DNA of 64,000 bases from Candidatus Saccharimonadia bacterium (GCA_963717365.1 OY970327.1:799752-863751), one strand, 5' to 3'; counted from the stretch's first letter, positions 33,093 to 41,896 are shown. Notes: a model not told the origin generated them from the letters alone. A program made the numbers and translations.

Positions 33093-34186
33093 GTTTATCT
33101 ATAGCGATTGTCGGCCTGCCAAACGTCGGCAAGTCTACCCTGTTCAACGCCCTGACCAACAACAATATCTTGGCCGCCAACTACCCGTTTGCCACGATTG
33201 ACCCGAACACCGGTATTGTGCCGATCCCCGATTCTCGTCTGGAAAAGCTGGCCGAGCTGTATAGCTCTAAGAAAGTCGTACCCGCGACGGTTACCTTTGT
33301 AGACATCGCAGGCTTGGTTAAAGGCGCCAGTCAGGGCGAAGGTCTGGGCAATCAGTTTTTGAGCCATATCCGAACTTGCAACGCGATTTGCCAGGTGGTG
33401 CGTGCTTTTTCCGATAGCAACGTGCTGCACGTTGATGAGCAGCCTGATCCCTTGAAAGATATCGATGTTATCAATACCGAACTAGTGTTGGCGGACTTGC
33501 AAACGGTTGAAAAACGCCTGCCCCGCATTGCCAAAGAGTCACGCGCTAATCCAAAACTAAAGCCTGAAGCTGACTTTTTAGAGCTGGCGCGGAGTGTTCT
33601 GGACAGTGGCCGACCGCTTCATACTGAGCCATCCGTTACAGGGCACAAATTAGCAGATTGGCTGCGCCAGGAGTTACAGTTGCTGACCTTAAAGCCGGTA
33701 ATGTACCTGTTTAACGTTGATGATGAAACGCTGGCTGATGCTGGCCGCCAAGCCTCTTTGAGCAAGTTGGTAGCCCCGGCGCGCGCCTTGTTTGTCAGTG
33801 CCAAGCTGGAAAACGAACTGCGCGAACTGCCGCCCGAGGATACCGCCGAGCTGCTTGCGAGTTACGGCGTGGCCGAATCTGGCTTGGTCCAGGTTATTCA
33901 TAACGCCTATGACATACTCGGACTGCAAAGTTATCTGACTGCCGGCGAACAAGAAGTCCGGGCTTGGACAATTCCCTGCGCTGCCACCGCGCCACAAGCC
34001 GCCGGTGTTATTCACGGCGATTTTGAGCGTGGTTTTATAGCCGCTGCGGTAGTTGACTACGACGATTTACTGGCTGCAGGATCTGAAACTGCCGCCCGCA
34101 ATGCCGGCAAAATCCGTACTGAAGGTAAAGACTACAAAATGCAACCCGGCGACGTAGTAGAGTTCCGCTTTAACGTTTCTAAATAG
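33089..34186 (+). CDS. ychF: Ribosome-associated redox-regulated ATPase YchF
   Basis: 365 aa. IVGLPNVGKSTLFNALT, NYPFATIDPN, DIAGLVKGAS, TGS-like C-terminus (KDYKMQPGDVVEFRFNV). The start overlaps the doc stop (ATGA). Confidence 0.95.
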   Translation: MSLSIAIVGLPNVGKSTLFNALTNNNILAANYPFATIDPNTGIVPIPDSRLEKLAELYSSKKVVPATVTFVDIAGLVKGASQGEGLGNQFLSHIRTCNAICQVVRAFSDSNVLHVDEQPDPLKDIDVINTELVLADLQTVEKRLPRIAKESRANPKLKPEADFLELARSVLDSGRPLHTEPSVTGHKLADWLRQELQLLTLKPVMYLFNVDDETLADAGRQASLSKLVAPARALFVSAKLENELRELPPEDTAELLASYGVAESGLVQVIHNAYDILGLQSYLTAGEQEVRAWTIPCAATAPQAAGVIHGDFERGFIAAAVVDYDDLLAAGSETAARNAGKIRTEGKDYKMQPGDVVEFRFNVSK

Positions 34187-34234
34187 TATAGAATTCTACA
34201 GTCTTGTTACTGCTAAAGCCGTATAATATATAGG

Positions 34235-34720
34235 ATGCGTAAACCTAACGTAAAATTAGTTGCTGCTGCAGGAATTTTTCTAGCGGGACTGATTATTGGT
34301 TTTTTGATTACTCGTAACAATGTTCCAGAAACTGTGAACACAAATCAGCAGACAAGCGATACAAGTGACCGGTCAACTGAGCAAAAAAATGAGACAACGG
34401 TAAAGGATCAGGAGGAATTATTCATGCAACCAGACATAAATAACCAAGAATTTATCTTAAGCGGCTCAACCGTAAATTGTTCTACTAGCGAAGTAAATGG
34501 CGTGAAAAGCTACAGCTGCAGCGGCAATATTCGAATCATCCCAACTGCCAATGAATCAAACGAACAAGGACTGTATAAAATAAATGAACGGACTCGCCTT
34601 CTGCACGACGGGCAAGAACAAGATTTGAACACACTCCAGCAATTATCCCAAAATCGAGCTAAAGTCAGACTGACTCTGGCCGACGGTTCAGACGAAATGC
34701 TTAAAGAAATACGATACTAA
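34235..34720 (+). CDS. Hypothetical membrane-anchored protein
   Basis: 161 aa. N-terminal TM helix (LVAAAGIFLAGLIIGFLI). No recognised motif. Confidence 0.5.
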   Translation: MRKPNVKLVAAAGIFLAGLIIGFLITRNNVPETVNTNQQTSDTSDRSTEQKNETTVKDQEELFMQPDINNQEFILSGSTVNCSTSEVNGVKSYSCSGNIRIIPTANESNEQGLYKINERTRLLHDGQEQDLNTLQQLSQNRAKVRLTLADGSDEMLKEIRY

Positions 34721-34748
34721 ATTCCGGGGCATAACCTGGATACATACT

Positions 34749-34773
34749 AATTACTTGACAATCTCAAGTAATT
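34749..34773. promoter_or_regulatory. Perfect 10-bp inverted repeat (AATTACTTGA-N5-TCAAGTAATT) overlapping a TTGACA box upstream of the ABC operon
   Basis: Read directly. The left arm contains TTGACA (34755-34760). A T-run follows the right arm. Lies 19 nt upstream of the ABC ATPase ATG. Confidence 0.4.
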
Positions 34774-34791
34774 TTTAGTAAGCTGGAGTGC

Positions 34792-35568
34792 ATGTCTGCT
34801 TTACATGTTAAGAATCTTCAAAAAACCTACGCTACTGGGACAAAAGCCTTGCAAGGTATCAATCTGGATATCCCTGAGGGTTCATTTTTTGGCTTACTCG
34901 GGCCAAACGGTGCTGGTAAATCAACCTTAATCCACTGCATCATGGGTCTAGCCATGCCAACTGGCGGCAGCGCCGAGGTATTTGGTCATGATATTGTGAC
35001 TGACTACCAGGCTGCCCGGGCACAGGTTGGCTTAGCTCCTCAGGATATCAATCTGGATTGGTTCTTAACCGTTAGAGAAACGCTTGATTACCATGGCGGC
35101 TACTACGCCATGCCCAAAAAGGAACGTACCGAACGGATTGATGAATTGCTAGATGCCTTTTCGTTAACTGAAAAACAAGATGTTAATACTCGCACCCTAT
35201 CTGGAGGTATGAAACGTCGGGTGGTATTGGCGCGGGCGTTGATGCACCGGCCTAAAATGTTGATCTTGGATGAACCAACCGCCGGCGTGGACGTTGAACT
35301 CCGCTTGGAACTATGGAAATACATGCGAAAAGTTAATAAGAATGAGAAAACTACTATTCTGCTTACTACGCACTATATTGAAGAAGCCGAGCAACTGTGC
35401 GACCAGCTAGCCTTAATTAACGGTGGTAAAATAATTAAAACCGGTAGCAGTGACGAACTTAAGAAATTCTACAAGAAAAAGACACTTGAAGACGTCTATC
35501 TGGAACTGATTGGCCGCTCCGAACTGACTCGTAATGGTGGTGCCAAGCCCAAGGGAGAGATTTCGTAG
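34792..35568 (+). CDS. ABC transporter ATP-binding protein (ABC-2 exporter type)
   Basis: 258 aa. Walker A GPNGAGKST, signature LSGGMKRRV, Walker B MLILDEPT. Confidence 0.9.
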   Translation: MSALHVKNLQKTYATGTKALQGINLDIPEGSFFGLLGPNGAGKSTLIHCIMGLAMPTGGSAEVFGHDIVTDYQAARAQVGLAPQDINLDWFLTVRETLDYHGGYYAMPKKERTERIDELLDAFSLTEKQDVNTRTLSGGMKRRVVLARALMHRPKMLILDEPTAGVDVELRLELWKYMRKVNKNEKTTILLTTHYIEEAEQLCDQLALINGGKIIKTGSSDELKKFYKKKTLEDVYLELIGRSELTRNGGAKPKGEIS

Positions 35569-36338
35569 TGTTTATACGCTTTCTTCCCTTTTGGACTGTC
35601 CTGCGACGCGAGCTGTCACGTTTTTGGGGCATTAAACGGCAGACTATTCTTGGGCCTGTGTTGGAAACGTATTTGTATATCAGTGTCTTTGGCGCTGCTT
35701 TGGGTAGCCGCATCAGCGAACTGGACGGCTATAGCTACATCATTTTCATTGTCCCCGGACTACTGATGATGAGTTTTGCCATGAACATCTTCTCCAATAA
35801 CGCCTCGTCTATCATGCAACAGAAACTACAGCGCTCAATTGACGACCAGCTAGCGTCGCCAATCTCCAATACCCAGCTGCTGTTAGCCTATGGTTTGGGC
35901 GGCTTTGTCCGAGCCTGCTTGATTACCAGTATTACCTATGTGACGGCTCTGCTATTAATTGATGGCCTGCCAATGGCGCACCCCTTCTTGTTTCTAATGA
36001 GTTTCCTATTGATTGGACTGTTTTTTGCCATGGCCGGAGTGCTGGTAGGACTGAGAGCAGAGAAGTTTGACGACCTCAGCCTGTACCAGACGTTTATTCT
36101 GCAGCCGCTCATATTCTTAGGCGGCGTGTTCTACTCGGCGGCCCTGTTGCCGGACACCTTCCGGACGCTCACCGAGTTTAATCCGATTTACTACATGATC
36201 AACACGGTGCGCTACTCGATGCTTGGCAAAGCTGATGTTAATGTCGCCATCAGCCTGAGTGTTATCGGCGCCTTTGGCTTGATTCTATTGTGCGTTAACC
36301 TGGTGCTGTTCAAGCGAGGTTACAAACTACGGAACTAA
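35568..36338 (+). CDS. ABC-2 family transporter permease
   Basis: 256 aa, six predicted TM helices. The start overlaps the ATPase stop by 1 nt. Confidence 0.8.
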   Translation: MFIRFLPFWTVLRRELSRFWGIKRQTILGPVLETYLYISVFGAALGSRISELDGYSYIIFIVPGLLMMSFAMNIFSNNASSIMQQKLQRSIDDQLASPISNTQLLLAYGLGGFVRACLITSITYVTALLLIDGLPMAHPFLFLMSFLLIGLFFAMAGVLVGLRAEKFDDLSLYQTFILQPLIFLGGVFYSAALLPDTFRTLTEFNPIYYMINTVRYSMLGKADVNVAISLSVIGAFGLILLCVNLVLFKRGYKLRN

Positions 36339-37298
36339 GTTCCCAAGTTCAGTCCGAATTTCTTTGGCAACATCGGCAATCTGGCTCCAGCTGCCACCAT
36401 TCGTCATAATCACTACAACGTATTTTGATTCGCCAGAAGTAACAATGGCCGCGTCGTGGCGAACGCTTTTATTTTCACCGGTAATATTAGCCACCAGACA
36501 CTTGTCATCACAACCGGCTGGGATACCTTCGCGCATATTCTGGCTGTAGAGACCATCAAAGACGGCTCGGCGAGCTTTATCACTCAACAACTGGCTGTTC
36601 TGTAGCCTAAATAGTAAATCTCCAGTTTCACGGGCAGTGGTTTGCTGCTTGTCTTTCAGCGTAGTCTTCTTAAAACCGGCTCCGCTTAATACTCCTTCCG
36701 AATTCTTCACATCGGCATACTGATTGAGCAACTGAACACAGGTCCCGTCAGCCGAGCTGATCATAGACTGGACACACTTGGCAACGGTTGAACTACCAGC
36801 CTTGTAACCCCAGTTAGCAGATGGAAGTTTAGATTCTAGCGGCAAAGTCAGGAACAAGTTGCTCAAGCTAGCTGATTCAAATGTATTATCGGCATTAATA
36901 CTGGCCATTCGATCAGATTTCACGTCGCGAATATAGACAGACCACTTCTGGCCGCCTGGTACGTTCTTAAGCTTAGCCTTAACCTTCTTAGCTAACTGCT
37001 CATCTTCTTTAGCTTTGGTGTTAGCAGCCTTTAGCTTGTCTTCCTCGCCAGCTTTCTTAGTTGTGTCGATTGGTGTAGCTTGGCGTTGAAGCGAAGCTGT
37101 TGAGCCGATTCTTTCCTGACGGTATTCAAGCGCTTCCATTGTGAGGACACCAACGCCGCCAACAATAAATAAAGCCACCATTGCACCTGAAAATGCCTGG
37201 TAGCGGTTCTTCTTTGCTTTAGTCTTAAGCACACCGTGTTCGTGCTTATAGTAATAAACTTTTTTGCCACTGCGTAGTGACGAGAATTTGATTTTCAC
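36327..37298 (-). CDS. Membrane-anchored class-A beta-lactamase-fold protein, catalytic motifs not evident
   Basis: 323 aa. TM helix (AFSGAMVALFIVGGVGVL). WSVYIRDVKSDRMASINADNTFESASLSNLF and ITGENKSVRHDAAIV...VVVIMTNG resemble the class-A fold, but SxxK and KTG are replaced (SLSN, ITG). Confidence 0.4.
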   Translation of the reverse strand: MKIKFSSLRSGKKVYYYKHEHGVLKTKAKKNRYQAFSGAMVALFIVGGVGVLTMEALEYRQERIGSTASLQRQATPIDTTKKAGEEDKLKAANTKAKEDEQLAKKVKAKLKNVPGGQKWSVYIRDVKSDRMASINADNTFESASLSNLFLTLPLESKLPSANWGYKAGSSTVAKCVQSMISSADGTCVQLLNQYADVKNSEGVLSGAGFKKTTLKDKQQTTARETGDLLFRLQNSQLLSDKARRAVFDGLYSQNMREGIPAGCDDKCLVANITGENKSVRHDAAIVTSGESKYVVVIMTNGGSWSQIADVAKEIRTELGNLVP

Positions 37299-37760
37299 TT
37301 TTTATATCTCTTTTGTTCTGCTTTTGTATTTGAGCCTTTGGCAATTTATTTTTCTGCCGCCGGCTTTGTTACTTTTAGCTTTATATTGATTTAGATTTTA
37401 TTTTAGTGAGTTTTAGTTTTTTGCTTTTTCAGCATTTGCCAATCGATCCGATCACATTAGTTATAGCTCTCTGCGGACTAAGAATGATTTAGTCTCTTCC
37501 CGCCTCAGCGTGCCCCAATGTTCGTAAACGTACAAATGACTACCAGCAAAATATCATACTATTTTTACTCGCCGCAAGCATTATTTTAAGATTATTTTAG
37601 TTTATATTTTGAACACTACCACCTATCTAAACAGACCGGTTTGAGTACATTATTTTTACAATATTCACCCCTGTTATTACAGTTATTTTGCCGTTTATTT
37701 CTACGGAGGGTGCAGATTTTGAGAGTAAACTTATCCACAATACTACAAAAAGTAGTCAGT

Positions 37761-38582
37761 CTATTTTTTAAGATTTACCAGTAAATAGAAACGCTCTTTA
37801 TTACCCTTCTCGCCGGCAACTTGGCTGTCAGCTTTATTAATGATTTTAAAATAGTACATAGCCCAAGCTTCAAAATCTTTCAGGATTTCGCGGCGCACTT
37901 TCTCGTTTTTGATAACACCCTTATGCTTCAAGCTGCTATTCCCCGCCTCAAATTGTGGTTTAACCATAGCGATAATTTTAACGGGCTGCTGGCCTGCTGG
38001 TTGGCTAATCAGTCTAATAATATGTGGTAATATTTCCCGCAGCGAGATAAAAGACACGTCAATGACCACATAATCAATAGCGTTACTCAATGTTTTAATA
38101 TCACGAATGTCTGTTTGCTCATGCAGTTCAATATCTGGATGATTTCGGAGCGTGGGGTGCAGCTGATTTGTACCAACGTCCACAGCGATAACTTTGCTGG
38201 CGCCATGCCGTAGCGCGTAATCGGTGAAGCCCCCGGTGCTGCTACCAACATCCAAAACCGCTGTATCTTTAAAATTAAGGTTAAATGTTTGGGCAATTGA
38301 TGCCAGCTTCAAGCCAGCTCTAGAAACATATTGCTGCTTGGCTGTCAGCGCAAGTGTGTCTGTCTGGCTAACCGAATACCCGGGTTTGGCTACAGCTTTC
38401 CCATTAACCGTTACAGCACCCATACGAATAAAACTTTCTGCCTGGCTCCGGGTGACCACCAACCCCTGGGCTACAAGTGTACGGTCAAGTCGTTGTTTCT
38501 TGCCAGGCTGGGGCGGGTTCACACTAGTCTTTCTTGCGTTCTCGATAAGCGCCGGTTGAGGTGTCGACGCTGATGATATCAC
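37761..38582 (-). CDS. tlyA: TlyA-family rRNA 2'-O-ribose (cytidine) methyltransferase
   Basis: S4 domain (RLDRTLVAQGLVVTRSQAESFIRMGAVTVNGK) plus an FtsJ-type MTase (VLDVGSSTGGFTDYAL). The track start is GTG 38582 and overlaps efp by 59 nt. In-frame GTG 38522 would remove the overlap. Confidence 0.85.
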   Translation of the reverse strand: MISSASTPQPALIENARKTSVNPPQPGKKQRLDRTLVAQGLVVTRSQAESFIRMGAVTVNGKAVAKPGYSVSQTDTLALTAKQQYVSRAGLKLASIAQTFNLNFKDTAVLDVGSSTGGFTDYALRHGASKVIAVDVGTNQLHPTLRNHPDIELHEQTDIRDIKTLSNAIDYVVIDVSFISLREILPHIIRLISQPAGQQPVKIIAMVKPQFEAGNSSLKHKGVIKNEKVRREILKDFEAWAMYYFKIINKADSQVAGEKGNKERFYLLVNLKK

Positions 38583-39090
38583 CGGTTTTAATAAATCCTG
38601 GAACCTTTATCTTAACTCCGGTTTCCAACGTTGCATCTTTGGTAATTGCCGAACTGGTGTCGCCTTTTACGGCATCTTCGGCGTAGGTAACTTCTAGGTA
38701 AACGTTTTTAGGCAATTCAACGCTAATAATCTGATCATTAAAACTTTGAGTCTGGACACGATCGCCTTCTTTTAGGAAACGAGCTTGCTCACCGACTATT
38801 TCAACACTAACCTCATGCTGCTCAAACGAAGTCTCGTCCATAAAGAAATATATTTTGCCATCATTATACAGATACTGGGCGTTACCGTTAGAGACGTCAG
38901 CCGATTTAATTTGTTCATTACCCTTAAAGGTTTTTTCTAGCACCTTACCATCAATTAGGCTTTTGATTTTTACGTTAACAATTGAGCCCCCCCGGCCCAT
39001 TACCTTCTGACCGTACTCCATAACACGGTAGGGCACCCTATCAAACTCAAAAATGGTACCTTTTTTTAAATCAGTTACGCCTAAGGCCAC
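38524..39090 (-). CDS. efp: Translation elongation factor P
   Basis: 188 aa, GTG start. KKGTIFEFDRVPYRVMEYGQKVMGRGGSIVNVKIKS. The loop residue aligned to E. coli Lys34 is Arg (MGRGG). Confidence 0.95.
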   Translation of the reverse strand: MALGVTDLKKGTIFEFDRVPYRVMEYGQKVMGRGGSIVNVKIKSLIDGKVLEKTFKGNEQIKSADVSNGNAQYLYNDGKIYFFMDETSFEQHEVSVEIVGEQARFLKEGDRVQTQSFNDQIISVELPKNVYLEVTYAEDAVKGDTSSAITKDATLETGVKIKVPGFIKTGDIISVDTSTGAYRERKKD

Positions 39091-39389
39091 TACATTTTCT
39101 CCTTAATTTCGTCTAGATAGTTATCGACTGTTTTCATGCTGGTATCAGACAAAATATTAACTGTTCGGCCCATATTGCACTGGGCACGGACCTGTTCTAG
39201 CTGTTCTTTTGTGGCTTTACCAGCTTTAAGCTGGCCAATGAATGTATCGACTGTGCGTAGTAGCTCTGCCCCCACTCCGGCCTCAAAACCATAGATGCCG
39301 TGATGCCCGCCAAAGTTTGGCGTCTGTGCCGTCGTTGCGGTATAGATTAACTTCCTCAGTTCATGGGCGTGGGTAGTATCTATATCCAT
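39090..39389 (-). CDS. Small helical hypothetical protein translationally coupled to efp
   Basis: Start set at ATG 39389 (MDIDTTHAHELRK...), 99 aa; the track ORF extends to 39452. The stop TAG shares its G with the efp GTG start (TAGTG). Confidence 0.5.
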   Translation of the reverse strand: MDIDTTHAHELRKLIYTATTAQTPNFGGHHGIYGFEAGVGAELLRTVDTFIGQLKAGKATKEQLEQVRAQCNMGRTVNILSDTSMKTVDNYLDEIKEKM

Positions 39390-39396
39390 AGTGGAC

Positions 39397-39678
39397 CTAA
39401 AATAATTTTTGCAATTCTTTACGAAAATCTTCGCAGCAGTCACCCAATTCATCGGCGTGGGCGCTGGTCATTACTTCTGCTTCGGCAGCTTGCTCGAGCA
39501 TTCGCATGATGTTTTTAACACGCTCTTCTACGCTGCGGGGGTTCTTATTAACTTGCGCATCGTCTTCTAGGCGCTGTACTTCTTGCTCTAGAGCCTGGGC
39601 GACGCTAGATGACCTATCATCTATATAATCACGAAGTTTGTGTTGAAAGTCTATGATTTCTTTATGAATTTGATCCAT
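39397..39678 (-). CDS. Small acidic helical hypothetical protein
   Basis: 93 aa, predicted all-helical (MDQIHKEIIDFQHKLRDYIDD...). Ends 8 nt before the next small ORF. No family recognised. Confidence 0.5.
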   Translation of the reverse strand: MDQIHKEIIDFQHKLRDYIDDRSSSVAQALEQEVQRLEDDAQVNKNPRSVEERVKNIMRMLEQAAEAEVMTSAHADELGDCCEDFRKELQKLF

Positions 39679-39712
39679 GTTGCAAAACCCCGCTTTACTA
39701 TTATTATCCAGG

Positions 39713-39916
39713 TTAGTTAGACGCGATGAATGGTAGCATTGCTAAATGTCGGGCACGCTTGATAGCAACCGACAAACGGCGCTGCTGACTTTCTGTCAGA
39801 CCGGTTTTTTTACGAGTTTCGATTTGCCCGTATTGATTTACGTAGCGCTGCAAGGTCTTAAAGTCCTTGTAGTCAAAATAGGCTACGTCTGTCTTGTGTT
39901 TAAAAATCTTTGCCAT
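39713..39916 (-). CDS. rpsR: 30S ribosomal protein S18
   Basis: 67 aa. FDYKDFKTLQRYVNQYGQIETRKKTGLTESQQRRLSVAIKRARHLAMLPF. Confidence 0.9.
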   Translation of the reverse strand: MAKIFKHKTDVAYFDYKDFKTLQRYVNQYGQIETRKKTGLTESQQRRLSVAIKRARHLAMLPFIASN

Positions 39917-39928
39917 ATAGTTTCTCCG

Positions 39929-40408
39929 TTAAAATGGTATGTCATCTAAGTTAATTGGTTCGTCGCCGATATCTTCGATTTCGACGTCTTTGTCTTTATT
40001 GGATTTTTTGTCTGACTTTGGTGCTGGGCTGGCATTATCACCGCTGTTGTTTCCGCCACTTTCACCGCCGCCGCCTTCGCGCCCGCCGAGGAATGTTACG
40101 TCGCCGGCAATAACTTCGAGCTTATTGCGCTTCTGGCCGTCTTGTTCCCATTGGCGGCTCTGCAAACGTCCGCTAACGAGTACCGGGCGGCCTTTGGTTA
40201 CATACTGTGCAACGCGCTCACCAAGTGGTCCCCAGGCGACTACATCAACAAAATCGGTAGCTTCGACCCATTCGCCGTCTTGGCCTTTATAACTGCGGTT
40301 CAGAGCCAGACTAAAGCTGCAAACGCTTTGGCCACTGGGAATTTGGCGTAAATCTGGGTCTCTAGTTAGATTGCCCATTAATATTACTTGGTTAAAACTT
40401 CTGGCCAT
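39929..40408 (-). CDS. ssb: Single-stranded DNA-binding protein
   Basis: 159 aa. OB fold (FNQVILMGNLTRDPDLRQIPSG...), Gly-rich linker, acidic tip ending DDIPF. Sits in the classic rpsF-ssb-rpsR context. Confidence 0.9.
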   Translation of the reverse strand: MARSFNQVILMGNLTRDPDLRQIPSGQSVCSFSLALNRSYKGQDGEWVEATDFVDVVAWGPLGERVAQYVTKGRPVLVSGRLQSRQWEQDGQKRNKLEVIAGDVTFLGGREGGGGESGGNNSGDNASPAPKSDKKSNKDKDVEIEDIGDEPINLDDIPF

Positions 40409-40491
40409 GGTGGCTCTCCTCTTATATTAAGTATTGTACTCTATATCTTAGGTACTGAAAGTTAAATTTTTCTTAAATTTATCCGGGAAAT

Positions 40492-40887
40492 TTATTCTTC
40501 AGAAGATTCAACTTTATCGTCGCTTCTCTCATCCGCTCGGTCGCCGCGGGCTTGTGCCTTGGCAGCTTTATCGGCACGGGCGGCCTCTGCCTTGGCAATT
40601 GCCTTAAAGTCAGGGCGAGTTAACAGGTAACGAATCACCTCATCGGTGATATTCAAGGTAGCTTCTACCTTGCGAACACCTTCGGGCGGCAATTCAACTG
40701 TATAAAAAACATATACAGCGTGATCTTGCTTGACGATCTGGTAGGCAAGTTTCTTTTTGCCCCAGTTGTCAGTTTTGGTAATTTTACCACCGTTATCGGT
40801 GACAATTTTTTCCACTTTTGCTTGCGGTTTACTCAGATCAATTTCTAGATCCGGGTGAAACAAAACCGCGATTTCATAGGTATGCAC
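40492..40887 (-). CDS. rpsF: 30S ribosomal protein S6
   Basis: HTYEIAVLFHPDLE... matches the S6 N-terminus. GTG 40887 is preferred because AAGGAG lies 10 nt upstream. The track ORF extends to ATG 40935. Acidic C-terminal tail. Confidence 0.85.
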   Translation of the reverse strand: MHTYEIAVLFHPDLEIDLSKPQAKVEKIVTDNGGKITKTDNWGKKKLAYQIVKQDHAVYVFYTVELPPEGVRKVEATLNITDEVIRYLLTRPDFKAIAKAEAARADKAAKAQARGDRADERSDDKVESSEE

Positions 40888-40990
40888 TGTTTGAGTACTC
40901 CTTTGGTTACTGCCTGCACGCTTAAATTGCTGCAAACTGAGTTAATAGTACGGTTATTTTACTTTATTTACCTCTGTTAGTCAACCTATC

Positions 40991-41728
40991 CTATGCAGGA
41001 GCAAACTGCTGTTCAACATTTTGGCTAAAATGCATAAGAGAGTGGCAATGCACTAATCGCTTGGTAACCATGCGCAAATTTTCAGCGCCTGAATGCAAGT
41101 AACCTTCTTTTTTATATTCTTTATATGTTTGATTAAGGCCTTCTAGCGACAAATCTAGTGCCGTAGCAAGCATAAACCCAGCATGCTGCCTTTTTACTTC
41201 GTAGGTTGTGTCTTTGTCTAAGAACTCATCAATAACTCTGTTGTCGATTAAATCTTTAATCCCTTGCTTGGCAGCATATTCGGCAAAAAATTTAGCTAGT
41301 GGCTTTGGATCCTCAACTCTGATTATTTTTGACCTTGCCAAAAAAGAGTGGTGATAGTCGCCAAGCGATACTTCGCGGTAGCTCCAGGGTTTTCTGACAT
41401 CAACTGCCCTTCTGGGAACAACGCCAGCTGCGCACATGACCGCTATCTCGAAGTCTTCATCCTCGATTTCTGGCATTACCGAACCACCGAATAACCTGTG
41501 GTAGTTAGTATGGAGGTTAAAATCAACAAGCTGGACGCGGCTGGCCCTAACTGCCAGACCACCTACAGTATTCAGAAGCGGACTTTTTTCAGGATGAAAG
41601 GAATGGTGAAGATTTTTCTTATTTCTAATAGAAAAAGGAGCCCCGTTTGATGGGGGCTCCTTATGGAAAATCGGCAGCGGCAGTCCGGTCACATCGCACA
41701 TTGGTGCTTTCTCAAATGGGACTGACAC
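40991..41728 (-). CDS. Hypothetical cytoplasmic protein (His-rich motifs)
   Basis: 245 aa. No TM helix or signal peptide. NLHHSFHP and LHTNYHRLF motifs. No family recognised with confidence. Confidence 0.5.
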   Translation of the reverse strand: MSVPFEKAPMCDVTGLPLPIFHKEPPSNGAPFSIRNKKNLHHSFHPEKSPLLNTVGGLAVRASRVQLVDFNLHTNYHRLFGGSVMPEIEDEDFEIAVMCAAGVVPRRAVDVRKPWSYREVSLGDYHHSFLARSKIIRVEDPKPLAKFFAEYAAKQGIKDLIDNRVIDEFLDKDTTYEVKRQHAGFMLATALDLSLEGLNQTYKEYKKEGYLHSGAENLRMVTKRLVHCHSLMHFSQNVEQQFAPA

Positions 41729-41849
41729 TTTATATCCTCCACTATTTTGGTTTTATATTGTTACTATATTGTTAACAGTATAAAAGCTCAAGTTTATTGA
41801 GATGTAGTTATAACATCACTTTACTGAGTTTCTAAATTGAAGCCTTGAG

Positions 41850-41896
41850 CACTATACCTTCGTTTCATTAAAACTTAATGATGTTGAGATATAGTA
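41850..41896. repeat. Conserved palindromic intergenic element, copy B
   Basis: CACTATACCTTCGTTTCATTAAAACTTAATGATGTTGAGATATAGTA. Central perfect hairpin TCATTAA-AAC-TTAATGA. Outer arms ACTATA/TATAGT. Lies 122 nt upstream of the 41728 start and 45 nt downstream of the ftsK stop. Confidence 0.8.

Noticed and set aside
40991-41728. A possible HNH/beta-beta-alpha-metal nuclease signature (NLHHSFHP … LHTNYHRLF) in the 245-aa protein.
   Set aside because: This is a pattern-level resemblance only. No flanking Cys/Zn-finger pairs or conserved Asn spacing could be verified. It is left as hypothetical.
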